Source: an uncultured Candidatus Rokubacteria bacterium
GTDB lineage: Bacteria; Methylomirabilota; Methylomirabilia; Rokubacteriales; CSP1-6
Reading direction: 5' to 3'
Length of the DNA stretch: 64,000 nucleotides
Assembly (NCBI GenBank): GCA_963762145.1
Contig: CAVXJS010000009.1
Coordinates: forward strand, 64,001 to 128,000
In this document: in pieces, positions 41,453 to 52,027 of the stretch
How positions within the stretch are numbered: the stretch's first letter is position 1
How the letters are laid out: every line of letters begins with the position of its first letter
The notes under the pieces: generated by a model
Database searches by the model: none
What the model saw: only the letters and a program-made list of their open reading frames with translations
Told to the model about the DNA's origin: nothing
Translations under genes and position numbers: made by a program

Positions 41453-41744
41453 CTCCGGACCCCCTCGCCGCTCTGCGGAGAGGGCCGGGGGAGGGGCCGT
41501 CGCTGGATCGCGGAACAGCTTGTCGCGCGACGTCGCCCCGCGCACCAGCGCGACCCGAGACGGCGCGACCCCGAATGCCTCGGCCAGGAGCCCGATCACC
41601 GCCCGGTTCGCCTCTCCGCCCTCGGGCGCCGCGGTCACCCGAACGCGGAACCTCCCATCCGGCTGTTCCACGATTTCATTGCGCCGCGCCTTCGGCTGGA
41701 CCCGCACCTGCAGCAGCTGCTCGCCGCCCGATAATTCGGTCCCA
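41449..41744 (-). CDS. yggU: DUF167/YggU family protein (ends approximate)
   Basis: VRVQPKA..VRVTAAPEGGEAN..LA..GATSRDK. Confidence 0.75.
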
Positions 41745-41853
41745 TTCGAGCGCGGGCTCCGCCCGCGCAATCCATCTTGGGGGAGGCAGGAAGGAGCGCG
41801 CCGAAAGGCGCGCGACGACCGCCGGAAGGGGGCGCAGCCCCCTCCGGGCCTAC
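41745..41853. repeat. About 108-bp multi-hairpin intergenic repeat
   Basis: Closely similar to 63168-63278; three hairpins. Confidence 0.85.
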
Positions 41854-42321
41854 TCGTTCTGGTTCGCATCGGCCTCGAGATCCTGGTCCAGCAGGCGCTG
41901 GTACATGTCCACGGTGGCTCGCAGGGATTCGGCGAGCTGCCGCCGCGTGCGCTTGAGCTGGCTGATCTGCGGCCTGGATGGCGGCCTCGGCGGTGCGCGC
42001 GGCCTCGATGGTCTTCTCGCCCTGCATCTCGGCTTCCTTGATCACGAGCTGGGCCTCGCGCCGGGCGTTGTCCTTCATCTCCTCGACCATCCGCTGGGTG
42101 GTGACGAGGGTCTCCTGGAGCATGCGCTCGCGCTGCTCGAGGCCGCGGGTACGCTCCTCCGCCGCCTGGAGATGCTCCTTGAGCAGCGTGTTCTCCTTCA
42201 GCATGGCCTCGTAGTCGCCGGCCAGGTCCTCGAGGAAGGTGTCCACTTCCTGGACGTCGAAGCCACGGAACATTCGAACCGTGAACTGCTGCTGCCGGAT
42301 ATCCATGGGGGTGATGCGCAC
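41850..42321 (-). CDS. divIVA: DivIVA domain protein, frameshift near 41970
   Basis: ITPMDIRQQQF..RGFDVQEVDTFL plus coiled coil. Confidence 0.88.
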
Positions 42322-42331
42322 GGCGGCCTCC

Positions 42332-42602
42332 TCAGTGCTGAGCCTGGAAGAGCAGGCGTGGCAGGCCCCACTCCACCAGCTGGATGGCGAAGATGACGAT
42401 CAGCGGAGAGAAGTCGAGCCCGCCGGTCTTCCATGGTGGCAACAGCCGCCGGGCCGGGCCCGAACACCGGCTCGGTGACCTGACGCAGGATCGTCACGAT
42501 CGGATTACGGGGATCCGGGCTCACCCAGGTGATGAGGGCGGCCGCGATGATCACCCACTTGTAGATGTCGAGCAGCGATGAAGATCAGGTCGAGCACGCT
42601 AT
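42332..42602 (-). CDS. yggT: YggT family membrane protein, frameshifted (start approximate)
   Basis: WVSPDPRNPIV..TEP..GLDFSP. Confidence 0.82.
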
Positions 42603-43420
42603 GGTCTCTTCCCCAGCTCGCGCGAGCGCTGCGTCGCGCGCTCCACGGCGCCGATGAATGTCCGCCGCACGCCCCCCTCTTCCAGCGCCGCGATGCCGGC
42701 GATGGTGGTACCTCCGGGGGAAGACACCATGTCCTTGAGCTGCCCCGGATGCATCCCGGTCTCGAGAATGAGCTTGGCCGAGCCGAGGACGGTCTGGGTG
42801 GCCAGGATCATCGCGGTGGCGCGGTCCAGCCCCATCTTCACGCCGCCGTCGGCGAGCGACTCGATCACGATGGCCACGTAGGCAGGCCCGGAGCCCGAGA
42901 GCCCGGTGACCGCGTCGAGGTGATCCTCCTCGAGCACCACCACGCGCCCCACCGCGCCGAAGAGCTCCTGCGCCATCTCCAGATCGCCGGACTCGAGTCC
43001 CTCGGCCCGCGCGATCGCGGTGACGCCTTCGAGCACGAGCGCGGGGGTGTTCGGCATCACCCGGATCAGGCGCGCGGGCTTGCCGAGCGCCTCGCGCAGG
43101 GCGGCCACCGGCACGCCCGCGGCCACCGAGATCAGCAGCCGGCCGCGATCGACCGCGCCCGCCACGTCCTTCAGCACCGCGCTCATGATCTGCGGCTTGA
43201 CCGCCAGGATCACCACGTCCGCTTCCGCCACCAGCGCCCGGTTGGACGTGGCCGCGCGGATGCCGTACTGCTTGGCGATCTGCTCGAGCCGGTCGGCGCG
43301 CGCGTCGGTGGCCGCGATGGACGAGGCGGGCACGAGCCCGGTCTGGAGCAGGCCCTTGATGATGGCCTCGCCCATGTTCCCCCCGCCCAGGAAGCCGACC
43401 TTCTTGTCCTTGATGCTCAC
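42599..43420 (-). CDS. proC: Pyrroline-5-carboxylate reductase
   Basis: GGGNMG, AVKP, RVMPNTP, SGSGPAY, SPGGTT. Confidence 0.95.
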   Translation of the reverse strand: MSIKDKKVGFLGGGNMGEAIIKGLLQTGLVPASSIAATDARADRLEQIAKQYGIRAATSNRALVAEADVVILAVKPQIMSAVLKDVAGAVDRGRLLISVAAGVPVAALREALGKPARLIRVMPNTPALVLEGVTAIARAEGLESGDLEMAQELFGAVGRVVVLEEDHLDAVTGLSGSGPAYVAIVIESLADGGVKMGLDRATAMILATQTVLGSAKLILETGMHPGQLKDMVSSPGGTTIAGIAALEEGGVRRTFIGAVERATQRSRELGKRP

Positions 43421-43423
43421 CGT

Positions 43424-44107
43424 CTAGCCCCTCACAGGGGGAGTCTGCCGCGGGCCGAAGATGGCGGTGCCGACCCGCACCATGGTCGCGCCCTCCTCGA
43501 TGGCCACCTCGTAGTCGGCGCTCATGCCCATGGACAGGTGCTCGAGCCCCAGGCCGTCGCGCAGCTCCCGGAGCGCGCGGAAGTGGGGCCGCGTGTCCTC
43601 CGGGGTCGGCGCGGCGGGGGGGATCGCCATCAGGCCGCGTACGCGCAGGCCCGGCAGGCCGGTGACGGCCTCGCACAGACGCTTCGTCTCCGAGGGGGTC
43701 ACGCCCCCCTTCTGCGGCTCGTCGCCCAGATTGACCTGCACCAGGACGTTCACGGTGCGCTCGGCGGCATGGGCGCGTCGGCTCAGCTCCTGGGCCAGCT
43801 CGAGCCGATCCACCGAGTGGATCCAGTCGAAGAGCCGCGCCGCGTCCCGGGCCTTGTTGGTCTGGAGCCCCCCGATCAGGTGCCACGGCACTGGGTGCCC
43901 CAGCGCCTCGATCTTGTCACGCGCTTCCTGGACGCGGTTCTCCCCCAGGGCCGCGACGCCTGCCGCAACCGCCATCCGGACGCGCTCGGCGTCCATCGTC
44001 TTGGAGACCGCGATGAGGAGCACGTGGTCGGGGGAACGACCGGATCGCGCGCACGCTCGCGCCACAGCCTCCTGGACTCGCCCGAGATTGGCGCGTATGT
44101 CCAGCAT
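43424..44107 (-). CDS. yggS: PLP homeostasis protein YggS
   Basis: AVSKT, GENRVQE, WHLIGGLQTNK, SMGMSADY, VRVGTAIFG. Confidence 0.93.
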   Translation of the reverse strand: MLDIRANLGRVQEAVARACARSGRSPDHVLLIAVSKTMDAERVRMAVAAGVAALGENRVQEARDKIEALGHPVPWHLIGGLQTNKARDAARLFDWIHSVDRLELAQELSRRAHAAERTVNVLVQVNLGDEPQKGGVTPSETKRLCEAVTGLPGLRVRGLMAIPPAAPTPEDTRPHFRALRELRDGLGLEHLSMGMSADYEVAIEEGATMVRVGTAIFGPRQTPPVRG

Positions 44108-44121
44108 GAGTGGGGGGGATT

Positions 44122-44886
44122 CTAGCACGCCCGCTCGGGGAGCGCCGCCACCGTGACCAGGCGGCCGGCGCCGCGCTCGCGGCGATAGGAGAAGAGCAGA
44201 TCCGGGCGGCACCCGGTGCAGAGGCGCAGGCTGTCGACACGGTCGGGCCGGACCCCCGCCCCGGAGAGCTGGTCCAGGTTGGCCCCCCAGAGGTCGAGCA
44301 TCCACTTGCCCGGCCCCTTGGGCGTCATCCACCCCTCCCACGCGCCCGGGAACGCGGCCTGGAACCGCTCGATCACGGGGGCATCCACCTCGTAGCAGCA
44401 CGGGCCGATGGACGGCCCGATGGCGACCACCAGATCGGCCGCCGCGCTCCCTGCCGCGACCAGGTCGGCGACGGCGGCGCGGGTCACCCCCTGGACGGTG
44501 CCTCGCCAGCCCGCGTGCACCGCGGCCAGCCGCCCGGCGTGCGCGTCGTAGAGCACGATGGGCAGGCAATCAGCGGTGGAGATGGCCAGCGGCAGGCCGC
44601 GACGGGCCGTCGCCAGGGCATCACCGTGGCCCGCGAGCCCGCCCTTCTCCGCGCGCAGGACGGCCGCGCCGTGCACCTGCCTGGCGAAGGCGGCCTGGCC
44701 CCCGAGTCCACGCGGCGCGAGGAGCGGCGCGGCCTCGGGCCCGAAAGGGGGTCGCGGCTCGGTCGGCTTGACCACGCCTGGGAAGTGACGCGTGGTGAAC
44801 AGATGCGGCAGCCCGTGGTCCTCGAGCAGCCGGGATGTCACGAAGCGCGGCGGATCATCGTGCAAACGTGGAGCGAATGTCGTCAC
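44122..44886 (-). CDS. pgeF: Peptidoglycan editing factor PgeF/YfiH
   Basis: QVHG, TADCLP, HAGWRG, GPSIGPCCYEV, FSYRR. Confidence 0.92.
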   Translation of the reverse strand: MTTFAPRLHDDPPRFVTSRLLEDHGLPHLFTTRHFPGVVKPTEPRPPFGPEAAPLLAPRGLGGQAAFARQVHGAAVLRAEKGGLAGHGDALATARRGLPLAISTADCLPIVLYDAHAGRLAAVHAGWRGTVQGVTRAAVADLVAAGSAAADLVVAIGPSIGPCCYEVDAPVIERFQAAFPGAWEGWMTPKGPGKWMLDLWGANLDQLSGAGVRPDRVDSLRLCTGCRPDLLFSYRRERGAGRLVTVAALPERAC

Positions 44887-45036
44887 CGGGTCATTCTCTC
44901 ACGACTGCGCTTCGCGCCTGTATGCGCGGGTGGCCGGGAGAACGACTGGCCGGACTACGTCGCCACCGCCCCTCGCCCTCTCCCCCGTGAGGGAGAGGAT
45001 GAGGGACGGCCTGGATACGGGGGGCGGCGCGCCTCC

Positions 45037-46188
45037 CTAGTCTGCCTGCCGCCGCAGGAACGCGGGCACGTCCAGATCTTCGTCGACCGGCTCCTCGCCT
45101 TCAGCCCGGAGGTCGGCGATGCGCTTGCGCCAGTCCTTGGCCGGCGCGGGGCCGCGCGGCCCCGGGGCGATCGGCACCACCTTGGAGCTCGGCAGCGTCG
45201 CTTCCTTGCGCTCCGTGAATCCGGTCGCGATCACGGTGATGCGCACCTCGTCGTGGAGGCTCTCGTCGATCACCGCGCCGAAGATGATGTTGGCCTCCTC
45301 GTGGGCGGCCTCCTGGACGATGCGGGCCGCCTCTTCGACCTCATGGATGGACAGGTCGGCCCCGCCCGTGAAGTTGATCAGGATGCCGCGCGCCCCCTCG
45401 ATCGAGGTCTCGTCGAGCAGCGGGCTCGCCACCGCCTTCTGGGCCGCGTCGAGCGCGCGGTTCTCGCCCTTGCCGAGGCCGGTGCCCATGAGGGCCATGC
45501 CCATGCCGGACATGATCGTGCGCACGTCGGCGAAGTCCAGGTTGATCAGCCCGGGCACCAGGATCAGGTCCGAGATGCCCTGCACCGCCTGCAGCAGCAC
45601 GGCGTCGGCGACCTTGAACGCCTCGAGCAGCGGGGTGCCGCGATCCACCACCGCGAGCAGCCGCTGGTTGGGGATCGCGATCAGGGTGTCCACCACCGCG
45701 CGCAGCTCGGCCATCCCCGCCTCGGCCTGGAGCGCGCGCTTGCGGCCCTCGAACGCGAAGGGCTTGGTCACCACCGCGACGGTGAGGATGCCGAGCTCCT
45801 TGGCCACCGAGGCCACGATCGGGGCGGAGCCGGTGCCGGTACCGCCGCCCAGGCCCGCGGTGACGAAGACCATGTCGGCGCCTTCCAGCTCCTTCTTGAT
45901 CGCCTCGCGATCTTCGAGCGCCGCGTTCTTTCCGACCTCGGGATCCGAGCCCGCCCCGAGACCCGAGGTGAGCCGGGCGCCGAGCTGCAGCTTCACGGGT
46001 GCCGGGGAGGACTTGAGCGCCTGCAGATCGGTATTGGCGACTATGAAATCCACCCCGGTGAAGGAGGCCGCCATCATGCGGTTGACCGCGTTGGAGCCGC
46101 CCCCGCCGAGGCCGATCACCTTGATCTTCGCCGCCTCGCGCTCGTCCTCCAGCTCGAACACCGGTCGCCGCCCCTGAGTGTGCTCCAT
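45037..46188 (-). CDS. ftsZ: Cell division protein FtsZ
   Basis: [23 protein letters not shown]-terminal DLDVPAFLR. Confidence 0.97.
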   Translation of the reverse strand: MEHTQGRRPVFELEDEREAAKIKVIGLGGGGSNAVNRMMAASFTGVDFIVANTDLQALKSSPAPVKLQLGARLTSGLGAGSDPEVGKNAALEDREAIKKELEGADMVFVTAGLGGGTGTGSAPIVASVAKELGILTVAVVTKPFAFEGRKRALQAEAGMAELRAVVDTLIAIPNQRLLAVVDRGTPLLEAFKVADAVLLQAVQGISDLILVPGLINLDFADVRTIMSGMGMALMGTGLGKGENRALDAAQKAVASPLLDETSIEGARGILINFTGGADLSIHEVEEAARIVQEAAHEEANIIFGAVIDESLHDEVRITVIATGFTERKEATLPSSKVVPIAPGPRGPAPAKDWRKRIADLRAEGEEPVDEDLDVPAFLRRQAD

Positions 46189-46297
46189 CGAGTCCTCCTT
46201 CAATCGAGCTCGTGGTTGCCGCGCCCGGACGGGCGGCACGTTCGTGAAGAGCTCCGCCTGTCCGGCGGCGCGCGAAGGCTTCCCTTCGCCGCCTCCC

Positions 46298-47545
46298 CTA
46301 GAAGAGTTCCGCAAACCAGTCCCTCAGGCGCCGGCCGGTGCGACCGACCAGCGTACCGTCGTCCACTTCGGTGGGCCCGCCGCCCGCGCCGTGGCCGCGC
46401 GCCCCGTAGAGCGCGAGCCCCACCGCGGTCGCGTGGATCGGGCTCTGCACCACGTCGGCGAGCCCGGAGAGTCCCGCGGGCACCCCGCGCCGCACCGGCA
46501 TGTCGAAGACCTGCTCGGCCAGCTCGGGCACGCCGTGCATGATCGAGCTGCCCCCGGTGACCACCACCCCGCCCGCGGCCACGTCGTTGAGCCCGCCGCG
46601 CACGAGGTCGCGCGCGACCAGCGTGAAGATCTCCTCGACGCGGGGCTGGATGATCTCGGACAGGATCTGGCGCGAGAGCTGCCGCGCCTTGCGGCCGCCC
46701 ACGCTCGGCACGTCGACCACCTCGTCCTCGCGCACCAGGGCGGTCAGCGCGCAGCCGTGACGCTTCTTCAGCTCCTCCGCGTCCGCGGTCGGGGTGCGCA
46801 GGCCCACCGCGATGTCGTTCGAGATGTGGTCGCCGCCCAGCGGCAGGCTGCCGGTGTGCCAGACCGCGCCGTCCCGGAAGAGGGCCACGTCGGTGGTGCC
46901 GCCGCCCAGGTCGATCAAGAGGATCCCGAGCTCCTTCTCCTCGGCCGAGATCACCGCCTCCGCGGAGGCGAGCGGCTCCAGCACGAGATCCTGCACCTGC
47001 AGCCCCGCGCGATTGACACTGCGCACCACGTTGCGCACCGAGGTGGTGGCCCCGGTGACGAGGTGCACCTCCACCTCGAGCCGCACCCCGGACATGCCGA
47101 GCGGCTCCTTCACTCCGTCCTGGTCGTCGACCAGGAAGGTCTGGGGGAGGACGTGGATGATCTCGCGATCCTGCGGCAGGTTGACCGCGCGGGCCGCGTC
47201 GAGCGCGCGCTCGACGTCGGCCTGACTCACCTCGCGGTGCTTGCCGGAGACGGCCACCACCCCGCGGCTGTTGATGCCGCGGATGTGCCCGCCGGCCACC
47301 CCCGCGATCACCGACTGGATCTCCACGCCCGCCATCTCCTCGGCCTCGGCGACGGCGTGCTTGATGGATTCGACGGTGGAGTCGATGTTGACCACCACCC
47401 CCTTGCGCAGTCCCCGCGACGGGCTCATCCCGACGCCGATGATGTCGAGATTGCCGACCGGCGACCAGTCGGCGATGACACAGCAGATCTTGGTCGTCCC
47501 CACGTCCAGTCCGGCGATGACCTGACGCACTCGGGATCTGGCCAT
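46298..47545 (-). CDS. ftsA: Cell division protein FtsA
   Basis: LDVGTTK, GLRKGVV, DLGGGTT, TGG. Confidence 0.96.
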   Translation of the reverse strand: MARSRVRQVIAGLDVGTTKICCVIADWSPVGNLDIIGVGMSPSRGLRKGVVVNIDSTVESIKHAVAEAEEMAGVEIQSVIAGVAGGHIRGINSRGVVAVSGKHREVSQADVERALDAARAVNLPQDREIIHVLPQTFLVDDQDGVKEPLGMSGVRLEVEVHLVTGATTSVRNVVRSVNRAGLQVQDLVLEPLASAEAVISAEEKELGILLIDLGGGTTDVALFRDGAVWHTGSLPLGGDHISNDIAVGLRTPTADAEELKKRHGCALTALVREDEVVDVPSVGGRKARQLSRQILSEIIQPRVEEIFTLVARDLVRGGLNDVAAGGVVVTGGSSIMHGVPELAEQVFDMPVRRGVPAGLSGLADVVQSPIHATAVGLALYGARGHGAGGGPTEVDDGTLVGRTGRRLRDWFAELF

Positions 47546-47553
47546 TTCCCTCC

Positions 47554-48420
47554 TCACCTCGCCACGGCCTTGAGGACCACCTGATCGCGGAAGCGCAGAT
47601 CGATCGTGCTGACCGGCTCGCCTCCCGCCCGCAGCTGGGCCAGCACGCCCTGCAGCCGGCCGAGCCGAGCCTCCCAGTCCTCCGCGCCCAGCCGCACCTC
47701 GACGCCCTCCACGGTGTAGAGCACGGGCCCGTCGGGCCGGCTCACGTCGATCTCCGAGATCTGCCGCAGCAGCGCGGTCTCGGAGCGCAGCAGCATCCGC
47801 AGCAGCGAGATCCCGGCCGCAACCCGCGGGCTCGGCGTGCCGTCGCCCGCCGCGAGATCCGCGGGGACCAGTCCGGTGATGACCGGGGCCTCCGGCGCCA
47901 CCGCGCGCGGCTCCGCGCCCAGGCTCACCCCCTGCTCGTCGATCCAGTGCAGCCGCCCCGCGTGGGCGAGCGTGAAGGGCCGCCGTTCTTCCACCGCCAC
48001 CGTGACCCGGTTCGGGAAGCGGCGCACCACGTCGGCGCGCCGCACGAGCGGCAGGCTCTCGAGGCGGGCCACCACCGAGCTCCGGTCGAGCCGGAAGAGA
48101 TTGACCCCCGGGCCGATGCCGGACGCGGCCACGATCTCCGCCGGCGTGAGCCGGCTCGCGCCCACCACCGCGACCTCGGTGATCGCAAAGCGCGGCGACG
48201 TGAGCAGCCAGCCGACCGCGCCGGCGCCCGCCCCGAGCACCGCGAGCGACACCGCGATCGGCACGATGCGCGTGGCGATCCACCGCGCGCGCCGACTCAA
48301 CCGGCGCGCGAGCCGCACGCGCGACACCCGCTGCCGGGCCATCGCGCTGCCCTGCTCCGCGAGATCCTCGACGCGGGCCTGCCGGCCTCGCGGTGAAATT
48401 ACCGAGCTATGTGCGCGCAT
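47554..48420 (-). CDS. ftsQ: Cell division protein FtsQ/DivIB (start uncertain)
   Basis: Single TM, POTRA (V.ER.P), C-terminal IDLRF. Confidence 0.88.
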   Translation of the reverse strand: MRAHSSVISPRGRQARVEDLAEQGSAMARQRVSRVRLARRLSRRARWIATRIVPIAVSLAVLGAGAGAVGWLLTSPRFAITEVAVVGASRLTPAEIVAASGIGPGVNLFRLDRSSVVARLESLPLVRRADVVRRFPNRVTVAVEERRPFTLAHAGRLHWIDEQGVSLGAEPRAVAPEAPVITGLVPADLAAGDGTPSPRVAAGISLLRMLLRSETALLRQISEIDVSRPDGPVLYTVEGVEVRLGAEDWEARLGRLQGVLAQLRAGGEPVSTIDLRFRDQVVLKAVAR

Positions 48421-48612
48421 GAGCACCGGAACGGATGTGAGCGCCGGAACGGACATCCGCGCGCGGCGGCAAGGTCCGGTAGTCCGGCTTGTCCGCGGTT
48501 GGGGAAGTGCGGGGGCCATGTCTGGGCCTCCGCATCAGATAAAAGAGCGGGTACACACTACCTCCCAAATGGTGATGCGGACGCAAACCGAGCGTTCCAG
48601 CCGGCATGTCCG

Positions 48613-49497
48613 CTAGATCTCCCCCATGGTCTTCATCTCGGGCTCGAGCGTGATGCCGAAGTGGTTGCGCACCCGATCGAGGGTGAGCTGCATGAGGGCC
48701 TTGATGTCGGCGGCGGCGGCGCCGCCCCGGTTCACGATGAAGTTGGCGTGCTTGGCCGAGATCTCCGCGCCGTTCAGCCGCTTGCCCTTGAGGCCCACCT
48801 TCTCGATCAGCCGGGTGGCGGTCTCGCCCGGGGGGTTCTTCCACACGCAGCCCACCGAGGCCAGGGCCAGCGGCTGGGTGGACTTCTTCTGCTTGAGGCG
48901 CTGCTTGATGTCCTTCTGGATCTCCGCGAAGGGCCGCCGGTGCAGCTGCAGGCGCGCGCCGATCAGCACCGACTTGGCCGGCGGCGTGAACACGTTGTAG
49001 CTGAACGAGCCGCCCGCCCCCGGCTTGAACTCGCCGAGGGTTCCGTCGGGATACAGGAAGTACACCGCGGAGATGAAGTCCGCGATGCCGCCGTCCTGGG
49101 TGCCCGCGTTCATGGCCACCGCGCCGCCCACCGTGGCGGGCACGCCGACCAGGCACTCGATGCCGCCCAGGTTCAGCGCGGCCGCCTCGCGGATCAGGGC
49201 GGAGAGGCTCACCCCCGCGCCGGCCACCGCCTCCTCGCCGTTGAACTCGGCGCGGCCGAGACAGCCCTCCAGCTTGAGCACCACTCCGCGCACCCCGCGG
49301 TCGCTCACCAGCAGGTTGTTGCCGCCGCCGATGACGTCGAGCGACAGCTGCTCCCGCTCCGCGAACGACAGGGCGAGCCGGATGTCCTCCACGTCCTGCG
49401 GCACGATGAAGATGTCCGCGGGACCTCCGATGCGCAAGGAGGTGTGAAAGCTGAGGGGTTCCTTGAACCGGACCTCGCCTCGAATCTCTCCCAGCAT
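48613..49497 (-). CDS. murB: UDP-N-acetylenolpyruvoylglucosamine reductase
   Basis: GGPAD, GGGNNLL, GAVAMNAG, KNP, HANF. Confidence 0.93.
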   Translation of the reverse strand: MLGEIRGEVRFKEPLSFHTSLRIGGPADIFIVPQDVEDIRLALSFAEREQLSLDVIGGGNNLLVSDRGVRGVVLKLEGCLGRAEFNGEEAVAGAGVSLSALIREAAALNLGGIECLVGVPATVGGAVAMNAGTQDGGIADFISAVYFLYPDGTLGEFKPGAGGSFSYNVFTPPAKSVLIGARLQLHRRPFAEIQKDIKQRLKQKKSTQPLALASVGCVWKNPPGETATRLIEKVGLKGKRLNGAEISAKHANFIVNRGGAAAADIKALMQLTLDRVRNHFGITLEPEMKTMGEI

Positions 49498-49499
49498 GT

Positions 49500-50900
49500 C
49501 TATCTCCTCTTGGATGTCGTCCCGGAGTCCGGGCCGAGCCGCGTGAGCAGTTCCCCGCCCAGCAGCCCCACGTCGCCCGCCCCGAGAGTGAGCACGAGAT
49601 CACCCGCCCTGGTGGATTCGCACAGGTAGTCGACGATGGCCGCGCGGTCGCCGCCCAGAAAGAGCACCTCTCGGTGCCCGTGGGCCGCGATGCCGTCGGC
49701 AAGATCGCGCGCGTGGACGCCCGGGATCGGCGCCTCGCCCGCCGCATAGATGTCCATGACGATGAGGACGTCCGACTGGTAGAACGCGGTCAGGAAGTCG
49801 TTCCACAGATGCTGCGTCCGGGAGTAGCGATGCGGCTGGAACACCGTGATCACACGACGGTCGAACCCCGCCTTGGCGGCGGCGAGGGTCGCCCGGATCT
49901 CGGCCGGGTGATGGCCGTAGTCGTCCACCACGAGCACGCCCTGGGCCTCACCCCGGATCTGGAACCGGCGCTGGACGCCCGCGAAGGACGCGAGCGCGGC
50001 CTGGATCTTGTCGAACGGCATCTCGAGATCGAGCCCCACCGCGGCGGCGGCGAGCGCGTTCAGCACGTTGTGCCGTCCGGGCACCTGCAGCGCGACCGGC
50101 CCCAGCGACTTGCCGCGATGCACCACTTCGAACTCCGACCGCATCTCGGCGAACGAGAGCCGCCGGGCCATCAGGTCGGCGCCCGCCTCGAGCCCGTAGG
50201 TCACCACGCGCTTCTCGATCCTCGGGATCATCCGCTGGATGTTGGGGTCATCGAGGCAGACCACCGCCGAGCCGTAGAACGGGACCTTGTTCACGAAGGT
50301 GAGGAACGCGGCCACGATCGAGTCGAGATCGGCGTAGTGATCCAGGTGCTCCGCGTCCACCGTGGTCACCACCGCGATGGTCGGCGAGAGCTTGAGGAAC
50401 GTCCCGTCCGACTCGTCGGCCTCCGCAACCAGGAACTCGCCCTGGCCGAGCCGCGCGTTGGCGCCGAGGCCGTGCACGCGCCCGCCCACCACCACGGTGG
50501 GGTCGAAGCCGCCCGCGCCCAGCACCGCCGCCACCATCGAGGTGGTCGTGGTCTTGCCGTGGGTGCCCGCGATCGCGATGCCGTACTTGAGGCGCATGAG
50601 CTCGGCGAGCATCTCGGCTCGCCCGATCACCGGCACTCCGCGCTGGCGCGCCGCCTGCACCTCCACGTTGTCGCGCGCGACCGCCGAGGAGTAGACGACG
50701 ACCTGCGCGCCCTCGACGTGGGCCGCCTCGTGGCCCAGGTACACCTTCGCCCCCAGCCGCTCGAGCCGCTCCACCGTGTCGCTCCGCCGCGCGTCGGAGC
50801 CGGTCACGCGGTAGCCCAGGGTGAGCAGGACCTCCGCGATGCCGCTCATGCCGACGCCGCCGATGCCCACGAAGTGGATGTGCTGGTACTTCTTGAACAT
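49500..50900 (-). CDS. murC: UDP-MurNAc-L-alanine ligase
   Basis: [35 protein letters not shown]. Confidence 0.96.
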   Translation of the reverse strand: MFKKYQHIHFVGIGGVGMSGIAEVLLTLGYRVTGSDARRSDTVERLERLGAKVYLGHEAAHVEGAQVVVYSSAVARDNVEVQAARQRGVPVIGRAEMLAELMRLKYGIAIAGTHGKTTTTSMVAAVLGAGGFDPTVVVGGRVHGLGANARLGQGEFLVAEADESDGTFLKLSPTIAVVTTVDAEHLDHYADLDSIVAAFLTFVNKVPFYGSAVVCLDDPNIQRMIPRIEKRVVTYGLEAGADLMARRLSFAEMRSEFEVVHRGKSLGPVALQVPGRHNVLNALAAAAVGLDLEMPFDKIQAALASFAGVQRRFQIRGEAQGVLVVDDYGHHPAEIRATLAAAKAGFDRRVITVFQPHRYSRTQHLWNDFLTAFYQSDVLIVMDIYAAGEAPIPGVHARDLADGIAAHGHREVLFLGGDRAAIVDYLCESTRAGDLVLTLGAGDVGLLGGELLTRLGPDSGTTSKRR

Positions 50901-52027
50901 CAGGCGGACTTCCCCATGAACGTCTCTCGGTAGCCGGTTCCGTGCTGGGAGATGTTGAGGAGCACGCCCGCCGAGAAGAGCGTCATCAGGAGCGCCGAGC
51001 CCCCGAAGGAGATGAACGGCAGCGGCAGCCCCTTGGTCGGCAGCGCGCCCGTCACCACGCCCAGGTTCACGAGGGTCTGGGTCGCGAGCATGATGGTGAG
51101 CCCGAGCCCCAGGTAGGCGCCGAAGGCGTCCGGGGCGCGCAGGCCGACCCGCAGGCCGCGCCAGATCAGGAGCGCGAACAGCGCGACGATCGCGGTGGCG
51201 CCCACCAGCCCCAGCTCCTCGCCGATGATCGCGAAGATGAAGTCGGTGTAGGGCTCCGGCAGGTAGAAGAGCTTCTGCTTCGAATCGCCGAGCCCCACCC
51301 CGAGCCAGCCCCCCGAGCCCAGGGCCAGGAACGACTGGATGATCTGGAAGCCGCTCCCCTGCGGATCGTCCCACGGGTTGACGAACGCGACCATGCGGCG
51401 CCACCGGTAGGGCTTCATGGCGATGGCCGCGATCACCACCGGGAGGGCGCAGCCCGCGATCGCGGCCATGTGCTGCACGCGGGCGCCCGCCATGTAGGCG
51501 AGCGCGAGCGTCAGGATGATGAGGGCCAGGCTGTTGCCCAGGTCCGGCTGCAGCAGGGTGAGGGCGGCCATGCCGCCCGCCACCAGGAGAATCGGGAGCA
51601 GACCCTCGGTGAAGCGCGCGATGACCTCCTGCCGCCGGCTGAGGAACGAGGCCAGGTAGAGCACGAGGGAGAACTTGGCCAGCTCCACCGGCTGGAAGGA
51701 GACCGGCCCCACGTGGAACCAGCGCCGCGTGCCGTTGATGGACTGCCCGAACGGCGGCACCAGCACGAGCACGAGCAGGGCGAAGGAGAGCACGAGCAGG
51801 GGGATCACCAGCCGCTCGAGCCAGCGGTAGTCGAGCAGCATGCCGACCCACAGGCCGCCGAGCCCGAGCAGGGCCCAGAAGAGCTGCTTCTTCAGGAAGA
51901 AGAACGGATCGTGGAAGCGATCCGCGGCCACGATCGCGCTCGCCGAGTAGACCATGACCACGCCCACGCACACGAGGGTCACCACCACCCCGAAGAGCGG
52001 CAGGTCGGGCGTGAGCTTGCGGGGCAT
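50900..52027 (-). CDS. ftsW: Peptidoglycan polymerase FtsW
   Basis: [42 protein letters not shown]. Confidence 0.95.
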   Translation of the reverse strand: MPRKLTPDLPLFGVVVTLVCVGVVMVYSASAIVAADRFHDPFFFLKKQLFWALLGLGGLWVGMLLDYRWLERLVIPLLVLSFALLVLVLVPPFGQSINGTRRWFHVGPVSFQPVELAKFSLVLYLASFLSRRQEVIARFTEGLLPILLVAGGMAALTLLQPDLGNSLALIILTLALAYMAGARVQHMAAIAGCALPVVIAAIAMKPYRWRRMVAFVNPWDDPQGSGFQIIQSFLALGSGGWLGVGLGDSKQKLFYLPEPYTDFIFAIIGEELGLVGATAIVALFALLIWRGLRVGLRAPDAFGAYLGLGLTIMLATQTLVNLGVVTGALPTKGLPLPFISFGGSALLMTLFSAGVLLNISQHGTGYRETFMGKSA

